Part shown: in pieces, positions 37,133 to 47,720 of the stretch
Layout: the number at the start of each line of letters is the position of its first letter
How positions within the stretch are numbered: position 1 is the first letter of the stretch
Source: Candidatus Hadarchaeota archaeon
GTDB taxonomy: Archaea; CAYQAE01; CAYVLA01
Assembly (NCBI GenBank): GCA_964621445.1
Contig: CAZUNO010000009.1
Span: forward strand, 35,263 to 99,262
DNA length: 64,000 bases
Reading direction: 5' to 3'
Notes under the pieces: model-generated
What the model was told of the DNA's origin: nothing
What the model saw: the letters and a program-made list of their open reading frames with translations, nothing else
Databases searched by the model: none
Program-made: the position numbers and the translations under genes

Positions 37133-37450
37133 CTACATACCCTCTTGACCGCCTCGGAAAATACGCTTTATCTTGTTGGCCAGGGACTGCCTATTTCGAA
37201 CCACGTGCCAGTAATAGAGATCAGGATATGGTAGTCCGTGCCTCTCTGGTTTCTTTCCGCTTTTCACCCGATTCGCTAGCTTCTTTCTTATAAACACAGA
37301 GACGACGATGATTACCCCAAGGACCGCCAGAAGCTGACCTACGACTATCAGCGCAGCCCCATACCCGACCCAGAATTGCATGCTATCAACTGCCGGGGAA
37401 TTCTTAAAACTCTTTTTGGACTCTAGGTTGAAGGACGGGACTTTCCACAT
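37133..37450 (-). CDS. Hypothetical single-TM protein
   Basis: One long hydrophobic helix and basic tail; start uncertain (possibly ATG 37381). Confidence 0.5.
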   Translation of the reverse strand: MWKVPSFNLESKKSFKNSPAVDSMQFWVGYGAALIVVGQLLAVLGVIIVVSVFIRKKLANRVKSGKKPERHGLPYPDLYYWHVVRNRQSLANKIKRIFRGGQEGM

Positions 37451-37552
37451 TCAACCTTGAACCCTTACGGTTAGGACCTATTATTTCCACGACGAAGAAA
37501 ACCTGTAAGATTTTTATATAAGCCGTAAGTAATTAGCGGAGCTACGTGCGAG

Positions 37553-39199
37553 GTGAATAGAAACATGGCAGCTCAATTAGGAGGAACACCTGTCCTAATT
37601 CTCAAGGAAGGTGCTGAAAGAAAGAGAGGAAGAGATGCTCAGAGGAACAACATCATGGCCGCCAAGGTGATCGCGGAATCCGTTCGAACAACCCTGGGGC
37701 CGCGGGGAATGGACAAGATGCTCGTGGACACCCTGGGCGACGTTGTTATAACCAATGACGGCGCGACCATCCTCGATGAGATGGACGTGGAACACCCCTC
37801 AGCCAAGATGCTGGTAGAGGTGGCCAAGACCCAGGATGAGGAGGTCGGGGACGGAACCACTTCCGCAGTCGTGCTAGCGGGTGAATTACTGTCCCAGGCC
37901 GAGGAGCTCCTGGATGAGGAGGTCCACGCCACGGTCATCATCAAGGGTTATAGGATGGCCGAAGCAAAGGCCCTGGAGATTCTGAACGAGATCGCCAAGG
38001 ATATCGATCCCGACGAGGATACGCTCCGACAGATAGCCATTACCGCCATGACCGGCAAGGGTGCAGAGGCGGCCAGAGAAGAGCTCGCTGACCTGGCCGT
38101 AAAGGCCGTGAGAATGGTAGCCGAGGAGGAAAAAGGAAAATTCCTCGTGGATACCGATCATGTCAAGCTCGAGAAAAAGGAAGGCGGGTCCATCAGCGAT
38201 TCTGAGATGATAAACGGCATCCTGATAGACAAGGAGGTCGTGCATGCCAGCATGCCCACCAAGCTCGAGAATGCCAAGATAGCCCTGATCAACCAGGCGC
38301 TGGAGATAGAGAAGACGGAAACCGACACCAAGATAAACATCTCATCACCGGACCAGCTCCGGAGCTTCCTGGACGAGGAGGAAGGGATGCTGAGAAAGAT
38401 GGTTGACAAGGTCAAGGAAACCGGTGCCAATGTGCTTCTCTGTCAGAAAGGTATAGATGACCTTGCCCAGCACTACCTAGCCAAGGGCGGAATCCTAGCC
38501 GCGAGAAGGGTTAAGGAGTCCGACATGGAGAAGCTGGGAAGGGCAACGGGCGGTAACGTGGTCACCAGCCTAAAGGAACTGACCCCGGAGGACCTGGGCG
38601 AAGCAGGACTGGTTGAGGAAAGAAAGATAGCCGGAGACGAGATGATCTTTGTCGAGGACTGCAAAAACCCCAAGGCGGTCACCGTACTGGTCAGAGGCGG
38701 AACCGAGCACGTGGTGGACGAGATAGAGCGTGCCCTTAACGATGCCATAAGCGTCGTCGCCGAGGTAATGGAAAATCCGAGGATCCTTGCCGGAGGAGGC
38801 TCCAGCGAGATCTCCGTTTGCAGAGAACTCGATAACTACGCCAAGACCGTTGGCGGAAGGGAAGGACTAGCAGTTGAGGCGTTCAGTGAGGCCCTCCGTG
38901 CTATTCCGAGAAGCCTTGCTGAGAATGCTGGCCTCGACCCCATCGACACCATGCAGGACCTTATAGCAGCCAGTTCGGAAAAGGGCCCGAGCATGGGTAT
39001 AGATGTCCTTACCGGCGAGATAAAGGACATGTACAATGAGAATGTCGTCGAGCCCTGGTCGGTCAAGGCCCAGGCAATCAAGTCCGCTTCCGATGCCACC
39101 ATGATGATACTGAGGATCGATGACGTTATCGCATCCAAGGAGCTAGACACCGAAGGACCCCCAGGACCCGGTGCCGGTGGAATGGGTCCAGGATATTAG
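37553..39199 (+). CDS. ths: Thermosome subunit (group II chaperonin)
   Basis: [41 protein letters not shown] tail; strong TTTTTATATA promoter at about 37511. Confidence 0.97.
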   Translation: MNRNMAAQLGGTPVLILKEGAERKRGRDAQRNNIMAAKVIAESVRTTLGPRGMDKMLVDTLGDVVITNDGATILDEMDVEHPSAKMLVEVAKTQDEEVGDGTTSAVVLAGELLSQAEELLDEEVHATVIIKGYRMAEAKALEILNEIAKDIDPDEDTLRQIAITAMTGKGAEAAREELADLAVKAVRMVAEEEKGKFLVDTDHVKLEKKEGGSISDSEMINGILIDKEVVHASMPTKLENAKIALINQALEIEKTETDTKINISSPDQLRSFLDEEEGMLRKMVDKVKETGANVLLCQKGIDDLAQHYLAKGGILAARRVKESDMEKLGRATGGNVVTSLKELTPEDLGEAGLVEERKIAGDEMIFVEDCKNPKAVTVLVRGGTEHVVDEIERALNDAISVVAEVMENPRILAGGGSSEISVCRELDNYAKTVGGREGLAVEAFSEALRAIPRSLAENAGLDPIDTMQDLIAASSEKGPSMGIDVLTGEIKDMYNENVVEPWSVKAQAIKSASDATMMILRIDDVIASKELDTEGPPGPGAGGMGPGY

Positions 39200-39207
39200 G
39201 TTACTAG

Positions 39208-39247
39208 CTTTTCATTTTTTTCATTTTTTTCCTTTCTTCTTTTTTCT
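39208..39247 (+). terminator. Oligo-T archaeal terminator after the thermosome gene
   Basis: Several consecutive T4-T7 tracts directly after the stop. Confidence 0.65.
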
Positions 39248-42032
39248 AATCCCAGAAGTCCCTCGTGGCCTCATATCTACCCTTGGCTCTCATCAGGTCG
39301 GCGATGAATCCCTGATCGTCGTCATGCATCTTGGAGAGAATCCTAGCTGCCGTCTGGGGTCCTATTCCTCTCACTGAAAGTGCCGTCACGGCTCGAATAC
39401 CATAAATCGAGACCAGATCCGCCTTTCTCTTCAGCCTCCCCAGGACCTCCCTGTTATCGATTTCGCTTTCCGAGTTCCTTAATTTTAATACAAGCCGTTC
39501 ATCTGCATCGGCCGGAATTGTTAGAAACCTGGATCCACACCTATCACATCTCGGTTCATCAGGCAGCTCCCCGATCCTCATCCATTTGCCCTTGCCGCAC
39601 TCAAAGCACCTGATTTCCTTCCTTCTCCTCAGAATCCTGGACTTGATCTTCTCGCTGGCCTCCCTCGTGGCACCGAATTCAAGTTCAGGGACGGCGGAAA
39701 ACCTATCCAGAATTCCCCTGGCCCGGGATGAAGGACCAATTTCGGCGCTTCTTTCCAGAAAACGTATCTCCATCTCTCCATCAGATAACTTCATGAGGAT
39801 CCTGGCCAGGCCCGGAACATCAAGCTTCTCGGTCTTTCCCTCCCGGACTCCCTCCTCGTAGATGGGCGTGTTTTGGTACTTCTCCACCAAATTCTTTGCT
39901 ACCGGGTCAAACAAATGAACGTTTCTGGGAATGGCCCCGAATCTGGCCGCAACATGCTTCAGCGGGAACGGGAACCGGCGGTCGATCTCCCTGTCAACGA
40001 TTTTTTCAACCTCCCCCGCGCTATCTATCAAAATTCCCATGATATTCTTCAACCAGTTAAGGTCTATTACCGTTGCGAATTCGAACATTACCCTATAGGG
40101 ATCGCACTGGCCCATTATCTCCAGGCCCTGGGAAAGGGATTCGGAACTCTCCCTGAGAAGCCCTTCCAGCGCCAGGCGAAGAGCCTGATTGATCCTCGTG
40201 CCCTGAGGTGAATGAATCACCAGAAATCTGTCATAAACCTCCAGCAAGAGCTGTTTGGGGTTTGGTAATACATCCTCATCACGCTCCACCTCCATTTCCT
40301 CCTCGGCTAGATCCATGGCCGAGTCATCCGCATGCAGACCTGGTTCAAGTAAATCCATATCCCTGGACAGGGCGGCCGTCTTCTGAGCAACCTCATGGGG
40401 CACAGGGGGTAGCTCGCCGTCCCAACCCGGGATAGCGCCCAGGTTCTGGTCGCTTGGACTGACATGGACCAACCCGTCAGCTCCCATCTCGTTAATGCGC
40501 CATATCTTACCCCTGCAAATGAAATCCAGACCAACCTCACAGGTCAGGGCGACGAACTCCTCGCCCAGATTGCCGACTATCCTACCCGTGCTATCATCCA
40601 AAATTGGATACCTTCTCTCATCCGGAATCATCGACATGTTATCGAAGTAGTATTTCCAGGTGTTTTCCGTCTTCTGAAGTCTGATCCCGGACTGGGCTAT
40701 GGTACCTAGGCCCTCCATGAAGTGAACCACCTCCATGAACCTCTTGTAGCCAATATTTCTATAGGGATGGGCCTTCACGATCATCTGGTAAATCCCTTTT
40801 ACGTCTAGGTCGAGCCCGTCCATGACCATCCCGGCGATCTGGTGGGAGAGGACGTCCAGTGGATTTTCATGTATTGAAATATGCTCAAGCCTGCCCTCCA
40901 GAAACAGCCGGCAAATGGCTATCGATTCCCGGATCTGTTCGGACGAGGTACATATGATGGAACCACGGGATACCTTCCCCATCATGTGTCCCGATCGACC
41001 AAATCTCTGGACGAAGGAGCTAACCTTCATGGGGGACATGTACTGTACGACATAATCAACCTGCCCGATATCAATGCCCAGCTCCAGGGTCGAGGTGCAG
41101 ACCAGGGCGGGAATCTCCCCGGCCTTGAACCCGTCCTCTGCGGATTCCCTCTCCTCCCTTGATATGGACCCGTGGTGAACGGCCGAGGGGATAACGCTGG
41201 ACAGCCTATGACCCAACATCTCGGTCAGAGTCCTTGCGTTGGCGAAAATCAGCACGGACCGGTGTGATTCCACCAGTTCCTTCATCCTGCGAATTCTTGC
41301 CGCGGCCTCGGGGGATGAGAATAGGTCATCGGCCAGGTCCAGGTCCCTGACCTCTGGCTCGGGGTACTCTATCCTTATCTCGTAGCTCTTCTCCCCCACC
41401 CAGGATTTGACCTTGAAGGGGCGTGGTCCACAGATGAGTTTCCCAGCCTCCCCAGGATCGGCCAGGGTCGCTGAGAGGGCGATCCGCTGGAAACCTGAAG
41501 ATACGACCTCCAATCGCTCCAGGGCCAAGGAGAGCTGCACACCCCTTTTGCTCCCCATAATAGCGTGTAACTCATCTATTATCACCGCTTTTACCCCTGA
41601 AAGGTTGCTTCTCAATCGTTTCCCGACCAGAAGTGCCTGCAGGGTCTCCGGGGTAGTGACCAGCAGATCGGGGGGTTCCAGTGCCTGCCTCCTGCGTTGG
41701 CTTCTCCCGGTGTCGCCATGTCTTATCTCGGCTGAAATGGAGAGATTTTCGGCCCATTTGGCCATCCTCTTCAGGATATCGCGGTTTAGAGCTCTCAGAG
41801 GTGTGATGTAGAGTATGGATATGCCTTTGGACTCCCTGGAGAGTTGACTGTTAAGAACGGGAAGGATGGAAGCCTCGGTCTTACCCGAGCCGTTCGGGGC
41901 GACCACCACCACGTTCTTCCCAGTCAGGATATCCGGGATGGCCATTCTCTGTATCTGGTTTAGCTCCTCCAGGCCCTCGGACCTGGCCAGCGAGACTATT
42001 CTGGGATCCAGAAGCTCCTCTACCCCTTCCAA
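39246..42032 (-). CDS. lhr: Lhr-family SF2 DEXH helicase with C-terminal Zn motif
   Basis: APNGSGKT, YITPLRALNRD, DELH, LSAT, HHGS, TLELGIDIG, QRFGRSGH, LDVLSHQI; CFECG..CDRCG. Confidence 0.9.
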   Translation of the reverse strand: MEGVEELLDPRIVSLARSEGLEELNQIQRMAIPDILTGKNVVVVAPNGSGKTEASILPVLNSQLSRESKGISILYITPLRALNRDILKRMAKWAENLSISAEIRHGDTGRSQRRRQALEPPDLLVTTPETLQALLVGKRLRSNLSGVKAVIIDELHAIMGSKRGVQLSLALERLEVVSSGFQRIALSATLADPGEAGKLICGPRPFKVKSWVGEKSYEIRIEYPEPEVRDLDLADDLFSSPEAAARIRRMKELVESHRSVLIFANARTLTEMLGHRLSSVIPSAVHHGSISREERESAEDGFKAGEIPALVCTSTLELGIDIGQVDYVVQYMSPMKVSSFVQRFGRSGHMMGKVSRGSIICTSSEQIRESIAICRLFLEGRLEHISIHENPLDVLSHQIAGMVMDGLDLDVKGIYQMIVKAHPYRNIGYKRFMEVVHFMEGLGTIAQSGIRLQKTENTWKYYFDNMSMIPDERRYPILDDSTGRIVGNLGEEFVALTCEVGLDFICRGKIWRINEMGADGLVHVSPSDQNLGAIPGWDGELPPVPHEVAQKTAALSRDMDLLEPGLHADDSAMDLAEEEMEVERDEDVLPNPKQLLLEVYDRFLVIHSPQGTRINQALRLALEGLLRESSESLSQGLEIMGQCDPYRVMFEFATVIDLNWLKNIMGILIDSAGEVEKIVDREIDRRFPFPLKHVAARFGAIPRNVHLFDPVAKNLVEKYQNTPIYEEGVREGKTEKLDVPGLARILMKLSDGEMEIRFLERSAEIGPSSRARGILDRFSAVPELEFGATREASEKIKSRILRRRKEIRCFECGKGKWMRIGELPDEPRCDRCGSRFLTIPADADERLVLKLRNSESEIDNREVLGRLKRKADLVSIYGIRAVTALSVRGIGPQTAARILSKMHDDDQGFIADLMRAKGRYEATRDFWD

Positions 42033-43168
42033 GATCGACCTCTTCCCTGCATTTCGGTGGGTATGAATTCCTTAAGTCTCTTCAGGGACCGCATCTTGTC
42101 CCGGTCGCCGATGCTGGAGTCCTTCACCGCATTCTCCAGGATCTCGATGCTTTCATCATATGATTCCCGGTTGACCGGGTAGGGCACCCCGTCCTTTCCC
42201 CCAAAGGTGTAGGAGTATTTCACCGGGTCCTCCCAGCTTGGAGGTTGTCCATATATGAGATCCGAAACCAGGGCCAGAGCCCTGACCGTTGATGGTCCAA
42301 GACCCCTGACCAACAATAGCTGTTCGTAATCCCTGGGATTGAAATCGTAGATCTTATCCATTGCCCCCCAGTTTATCCGGGGAGGCAGCACTCTCTCACT
42401 TGGCAGGGAAACCCCTGTCCACTCCAGCAATGACCTCTGGCTATCCTTTCTTATCCTTGCCATATCGTCCATAAGCTGGCCTCGGCCTCCGGTGGCTAAC
42501 TTGAGACTCTGTTCGCGACATTTCTCGCTTTTTCCTGAAGTCAGGTCCATCGCCTCTCTGGCCCGCTTGTCGCAGGCTATTCCCACGTGAGGCTCCTCCA
42601 CGAAATTGTCAAGGCTTGAGGACTGCCAGTGATACCTTCTTGCCATTCTGGACTCCGCATTCATCCCCTGTTGAATAACCGCCCACTCCCCTGATTCCAC
42701 TATGAACATTGAGTGATGGTATATTCCAAAACCGTCCTGCACCAGGGCAGAATCAACCTTGGCCGAAAGCCTTGACGACCTGCGTAGAGAACGAATTCTT
42801 GAGCTATGGAGGGACAATCTGTCCTGGAGGTTTTCGATCTCCTCCAATGACCTCCTGGCCCGAGAACCTTTTCCACCCACAGAGGCCATGCCATGTTCCT
42901 CCGGATCCAGGATTGACTTCAGCACACCGCAAAGCACGGTTGTGGTTCCCGAGCTATGCCAGTCAAATGCCAGGACGCAGCTCATGGCCTGGAACCAGTC
43001 CGGGTTGGAAAGACGGCGGAGATATTCATCCGGGCCATATTCATCTATCATTATATCCGATATGGCCCTGGCCAGCTTCTTCATTCTTCCAACCAGCCAG
43101 CCCGGAGCCGATCCCCCGTGAAGCGGTAGATCCATGGTTCCCTTCTTGGAAAAGCTCAACGGAAACAC
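42020..43168 (-). CDS. DUF763-family protein
   Basis: DLPLHGGSAP.WL..RM, DWHSSGTTT, SAKVDSALVQDG, QQGMN, ARRYHW, GGKDGVPYPV; true start probably a few codons downstream. Confidence 0.9.
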   Translation of the reverse strand: MFPLSFSKKGTMDLPLHGGSAPGWLVGRMKKLARAISDIMIDEYGPDEYLRRLSNPDWFQAMSCVLAFDWHSSGTTTVLCGVLKSILDPEEHGMASVGGKGSRARRSLEEIENLQDRLSLHSSRIRSLRRSSRLSAKVDSALVQDGFGIYHHSMFIVESGEWAVIQQGMNAESRMARRYHWQSSSLDNFVEEPHVGIACDKRAREAMDLTSGKSEKCREQSLKLATGGRGQLMDDMARIRKDSQRSLLEWTGVSLPSERVLPPRINWGAMDKIYDFNPRDYEQLLLVRGLGPSTVRALALVSDLIYGQPPSWEDPVKYSYTFGGKDGVPYPVNRESYDESIEILENAVKDSSIGDRDKMRSLKRLKEFIPTEMQGRGRSWKG

Positions 43169-43265
43169 ACACCGATCTACTCATTTAAGGCTTCCTTTCT
43201 CCCCCCTGGTTTTTGTTGTCCTGAGAAGTACCCGTCAAGATGCGGAGTCTTAGGGCAGAGGGCGG

Positions 43266-43817
43266 CTATTCAACGGGCTCCTCGGCTGGTGATCCTTCCT
43301 CTTCCGTTGATCGCGCGGATAGAAAACGGGATCTCAAGCGTTCTTGATCGATCTCGGCCATGGCTCTCCACGAGAGGGATAACACCTCTTCATCCCGGTA
43401 GAGATAACCGGCTTCCACCATGGTGTCAATCTTCTTTGAAGAGATATCCTTGCTTCGCAGAACGTCCATGACCTCCACCTCCTTGGCCCTGCCCCCCCTG
43501 CTAACCAGGAAACAGGTCACCGCAGCAAGCGCGGCAAGGAACCTTCGATCCCACCCGCAGATCTTGACCTGCTTGTCCTTAATGGGCTTCTTGGCCCTTA
43601 CAAAAACCCTTTTTCGTCCTTCCGAAAGTGGATCTCCCTTATCATCAACGGTAACCAGTTCCAGGCCCAGGTCCTCCAACCTACCTTTCAGTCCACCCAG
43701 GATATCCTGCAGCTCCTCGCCACAGATCTTCTCCAGTTCTGAGACGTATACACCAGGTCTCCTCCCCCGCTTGAATAGCAGCATGCCCAGTACCCTTGAT
43801 TCCCTATCCGAAACCAA
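43266..43817 (-). CDS. Tandem winged-helix kite protein (MAGE/Nse3-Nse1-like)
   Basis: LLFK..P..EL.K..DIL..LEDLGLELVTVD (WH-A); FLVSRGGRAKEVEV..GYL..LSWRAMAEID (WH-B); 1-nt gap to the kleisin-like gene. Confidence 0.65.
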   Translation of the reverse strand: MVSDRESRVLGMLLFKRGRRPGVYVSELEKICGEELQDILGGLKGRLEDLGLELVTVDDKGDPLSEGRKRVFVRAKKPIKDKQVKICGWDRRFLAALAAVTCFLVSRGGRAKEVEVMDVLRSKDISSKKIDTMVEAGYLYRDEEVLSLSWRAMAEIDQERLRSRFLSARSTEEEGSPAEEPVE

Positions 43818-43818
43818 G

Positions 43819-44580
43819 TCAGTTATCCTCCCTCAGCCTTCTCAGCACAATGGCCAGGCTGTGAGTATCTCCCTTCCGGCCATTGGTATTCTTCACCAAC
43901 TTGGGTCCCCCCTGGTTATCCACCAATTCAAGCCTTCCCTGGGATAGCAGGAAACTAGAAAGGTAGCTTCTCCTAACTGCATCATTGAAGTTCAGCCTCC
44001 CTTGCTCAGAGACGAACTCGTCATATTCGATCCCTGAACCCTCAATTCTAGAGGTGAACTCTGATTCAAGTGAATTAAGGACCTCGTCAAAATCTATGTC
44101 GCTGAACACACTCCTCGCCACTTCATCGTTTCTATCATAAGTCCGGAATTCCGATGGTGGGATATCCATCCCCTCAGAATCCCCCTCCGTGGATAGGTCC
44201 AACCAGTGTTCTCTGCCCATTTCCAGAGCCTTTTCATTGATCTCCTCCAGCTCAAGTAAGGGATGAAAACATCCGAGGAAAATTGAGAGGAGGCGGGAAA
44301 GGGGCAGTGAGGCGACCCTCTCCCTGGCAATATCCGAATCGACGTAGAGCTCGTCCGCCTCATACCTGAGCCACTCGCACTGTAGCCTGATGGTGGCAAC
44401 CAGGGACTTCATTAGACGAGCATAGAGTATATGGTCCTCAGGCTCCGACAGGTCCCCGCCGAGTTCGGATACGGTTTCCCAGACCTCCCAGGCGTCCACT
44501 TCGTGAGGGAGAATCTCTCCTCTCAGGGCTTCTCGACATTTAGCAAGTCCATCCCTCAGTACCTGGGTATTCCGGCTCAT
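43819..44580 (-). CDS. Kleisin-like protein (ScpA/Nse4-like)
   Basis: N-terminal helical domain (PHEVDAW), acidic linker, C-terminal WH YDEFV..F..AVRRSYLSSFLLSQGRLEL; 1-nt gap to the SMC gene. Confidence 0.65.
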   Translation of the reverse strand: MSRNTQVLRDGLAKCREALRGEILPHEVDAWEVWETVSELGGDLSEPEDHILYARLMKSLVATIRLQCEWLRYEADELYVDSDIARERVASLPLSRLLSIFLGCFHPLLELEEINEKALEMGREHWLDLSTEGDSEGMDIPPSEFRTYDRNDEVARSVFSDIDFDEVLNSLESEFTSRIEGSGIEYDEFVSEQGRLNFNDAVRRSYLSSFLLSQGRLELVDNQGGPKLVKNTNGRKGDTHSLAIVLRRLREDN

Positions 44581-44581
44581 T

Positions 44582-47527
44582 CTAGGCCTCCATTACCAGG
44601 CTTCCCACCTGGCTTTTGTCCTGCACACTCTGCACAACTATCACGTTCTCGGCTTCGTTTAGATCTACCTCCGATAGATAAGAAGGAGTGATAGCTATGT
44701 ACTGCTTTGAGTCCTGCTCCACGGCCGCTCTGAGTAGTCTTGTTACCTTATCCCGATTCGCGGGGTCGAGATGAACATCGTACTCATCTACCGCCCTGAA
44801 CGGGGATTTGACCTGGCGCTGTAGAGCCAGGAGGAAGGCCATGGTCGATAGGCTCTTCTCCCCGCCGCTCTGAGTCAGGGTGCTTATTGAGGTCATTTCC
44901 TTGCCCTCAAACCCCACCTTTATGTCCAGGCCCACCTCTCTAACGTCATCATTTACCAGCTCTACCCTTCCCCTTGCTCTGATATCTGACAATATCTCAT
45001 TGAAATCGTGATTGATCTCCTCCAGGTGCTCTTCCATTATTTCCCGCCACTTGGCGAGCCCCCGCCTCAGCTCAACCTGCATCTCCTCCCTTTTCTCGAT
45101 GATCTTCTGGAGGCTCTCCTTCAGCTCCTTGAAGTCCTTAAGATATGTCCTGTAGACGCCCTCGATATCATCTGGGACATCGGAAAGCTCTCCCAGTGAC
45201 CCCCTGACGCTGCTCATCTCCTTCTCGAGTTCCCGGAGGGAACCCGGGGATTTGATTCTGGGTGATAGCTCCTCGGCCTGCCCAATTAGGTCCTGAAGGC
45301 CGGTTTGTTGACTGGCAATCTCCTCCTTCAGGTTCTCGACCTCTGATTTAGTCGAGCTTATCCTCTCGGAAAGCAGGATTCTCTTGCTCTTGAGATCATA
45401 ATAGGATTCGAGTTGTTTCTCGAGGTCCTTTTTGGCCCTTTCAAACTTCTGTTCGCTTTCCTCAAGACCTGCAGACGCTCGATCTACGGCCTCCCTGGCC
45501 GAATTAAGTTCCTCCTCCAGCTGGCCCAGGAGCCGATCCTTCTCCTTAAGTTCTCTCTCCCTCAGCTCGACAATGGCACCGGAAGAAATTCTGATTCGTT
45601 CGGCCTCTCGCTCCATAATGGCCTCGGATGAGATATGTTCCAGGCTCGCTAGCTCCCTTTTTGAGCCCACGGAAATCAATCTCCGTATCAGATTACCGAT
45701 TTTATTCTCCCGATCCGATTGGATGTCATCCAGTTCTCGGGAGAGGTCTCGTACCTCCCGTTTTAAACGGGAGTGCTCCTCCCGCAAGGACTCCATCTCC
45801 TCCCGGATCTTCAGGAGCTCCCCGCCCTTAGTCCAGCTCTCGCCGGTTATCATTCCTTTCATCAAACCGACGTAATCACCATCTGGATTAACCACCGGGA
45901 CCCCCAGGGATTCGGAAAGGCCCTTATGATCAACATCCCCGTCAACTAGCACCACATCCCCGGCTGATTTTCTAAGCAGCGCGCGCACTTGGTCAGGAGC
46001 ATCGATGCTGTCAACGACCCAGTCGATGACTCCTTTCTCCTTGGGCAGGTATCTCTCGTCAAGTAGAACCAGGGCGGAATTAGGAACCAGGTAAACGGAG
46101 GCGTCAACTCCCCTGTCCCGCAAGAAGCGAACCACCCTTCTCTTGTCGCTCTCGGTGGTGGTTACGAAGGAACGCAGTACACGTTCGCCAAAAAGGGTGC
46201 GAATAACGTGAAATTCAAGGTCATTTGACTCAATTACCGAGTATATGGGGCCGAAAACGGGACCGTCCAAATTTTCGAGGGACTCCACCTCCTGGCCAGC
46301 GGCCTCCAATTTTTCACCAAATGGATGTTCAAGCTCTCCTTTCAGGGAGCCCATCTCCCTTTCCAGCTCCTTCATCCTCTCCTTCTTGATTGCCATATCA
46401 TGTTTCAGATCCAAGGCTCGGTCATCGCTAACCATCCCCATTATGCTTTGTCTCAGATCCGAGAACTGGTCATCCAGGTCGGCCTCTAACTGTTCCTCCC
46501 CTGAACCTCTTCTCAGATCTTCCAGCCTCTCCGAGGCTTCCCTTACCTTCTCCCTGTTACGTTCCAGGGATTGATGGAGTCGATCACGGCCGGATCTTTC
46601 CTCCTCCAATCTCTCTTCCAGCATTTTCCTTCGGCTGGCGGCTCGGGCAAAATGATCCGAGGCCTCAACTAGGGAACCCTTGACCTGGTCCAGGGAGCGC
46701 CATGCGCCCTTAACTCTGGAAAGCCGATCATCCATCCTCCGACCCAGCTCCTCCATCTGGGCCCGCAGTCTGTTAAGCTCCCGGTCTCTCTCGCGTTTCC
46801 TGGTTTTTAGCTTCTTGAGCTCATTTTCGTTCTCGACAACCTTGGCCCACAGCGCCTCCGCGTTAAGGTCCTCGAGCCTATCCTCCAGCTTTCGCTTTCT
46901 TTGATATCTCTCATACAGTCTCTCCCACTCGGTCACTCTACGGCTCGAACCGTCTAGGACCCTCCTGGTTTCGCGTTCCTCGTTCAAAAGGGTCTCCAGG
47001 TCATCCCTGGCCTCGAGGAGATCCTGTCGGTAGGACTGGAACTCGATTACCTCCTCAAGCATTCCAAGTTTTTCCCTGCCCGAAAGGAGGCTGAATTCCT
47101 CTACCATGTCCTGTTGCATTATTATGAGCATGTTGTCCGGATTTATGCCCTGTTTCTGGATTAGCTCGGTTAGCTCCGACTTGGTGGAGGGTACTCCATC
47201 TATCTTGATCGGGTACGACCCTGATCTCTTTAGGGTCCTCTCCAGGACCACCTCGTCCTTGTCATAATCAGGGAAGGGCCGAGAGCCATCATTCTCCTGA
47301 TTGTCAAGGGTGAGACTAATGACGGACCCATCACATCCCCATCTGATCAGGTCGGATAGCTTATGACCTCGCTCCGTCTTAGATAGGCCGAGGGCCAGGG
47401 CTACCGCAACCAACAGGGTTGACTTGCCCGACCCGTTGGGCCCGCAGATAAAATTCACTCCTGATGAAAAGGGAATATCCGCACTCACGTAGGACATGAA
47501 ATTTCTTAAACTGAGTTTCTTTATCAT
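44582..47527 (-). CDS. SMC5/6-like ATPase (SMC superfamily)
   Basis: NFMSY, GPNGSGKST, Q-loop MQQD, long coiled coils, central hinge (VFGPIYSVI..DAPDQVRALL), QSGGEKSLSTMAFLLALQ..PFRAVDEYDVHLDPANR. Confidence 0.88.
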   Translation of the reverse strand: MIKKLSLRNFMSYVSADIPFSSGVNFICGPNGSGKSTLLVAVALALGLSKTERGHKLSDLIRWGCDGSVISLTLDNQENDGSRPFPDYDKDEVVLERTLKRSGSYPIKIDGVPSTKSELTELIQKQGINPDNMLIIMQQDMVEEFSLLSGREKLGMLEEVIEFQSYRQDLLEARDDLETLLNEERETRRVLDGSSRRVTEWERLYERYQRKRKLEDRLEDLNAEALWAKVVENENELKKLKTRKRERDRELNRLRAQMEELGRRMDDRLSRVKGAWRSLDQVKGSLVEASDHFARAASRRKMLEERLEEERSGRDRLHQSLERNREKVREASERLEDLRRGSGEEQLEADLDDQFSDLRQSIMGMVSDDRALDLKHDMAIKKERMKELEREMGSLKGELEHPFGEKLEAAGQEVESLENLDGPVFGPIYSVIESNDLEFHVIRTLFGERVLRSFVTTTESDKRRVVRFLRDRGVDASVYLVPNSALVLLDERYLPKEKGVIDWVVDSIDAPDQVRALLRKSAGDVVLVDGDVDHKGLSESLGVPVVNPDGDYVGLMKGMITGESWTKGGELLKIREEMESLREEHSRLKREVRDLSRELDDIQSDRENKIGNLIRRLISVGSKRELASLEHISSEAIMEREAERIRISSGAIVELRERELKEKDRLLGQLEEELNSAREAVDRASAGLEESEQKFERAKKDLEKQLESYYDLKSKRILLSERISSTKSEVENLKEEIASQQTGLQDLIGQAEELSPRIKSPGSLRELEKEMSSVRGSLGELSDVPDDIEGVYRTYLKDFKELKESLQKIIEKREEMQVELRRGLAKWREIMEEHLEEINHDFNEILSDIRARGRVELVNDDVREVGLDIKVGFEGKEMTSISTLTQSGGEKSLSTMAFLLALQRQVKSPFRAVDEYDVHLDPANRDKVTRLLRAAVEQDSKQYIAITPSYLSEVDLNEAENVIVVQSVQDKSQVGSLVMEA

Positions 47528-47720
47528 TCTCCGTGTCCCGTGATTATCGGTGGTCTGCTGAACTTACAAATATTCCCTTATGGCACCCTGCGATGCGTAT
47601 TCCCGGGTAAAACGGCACCAGGTCCAGCTCTTGACAATCTTTTCAGAATGCAATATCATGAACGTCGCCAGCAAAATACTGGACCACATTTATTATTCCT
47701 CATATCTTCCCAGAATCCTA

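Noticed and set aside
43266-47527. Wadjet (JetABCD)/MksBEFG or Rad50-Mre11 interpretation
   Set aside because: No TOPRIM JetD/MksG nuclease or Mre11 nearby, no CxxC hook, and head and hinge motifs are Smc5/6-like
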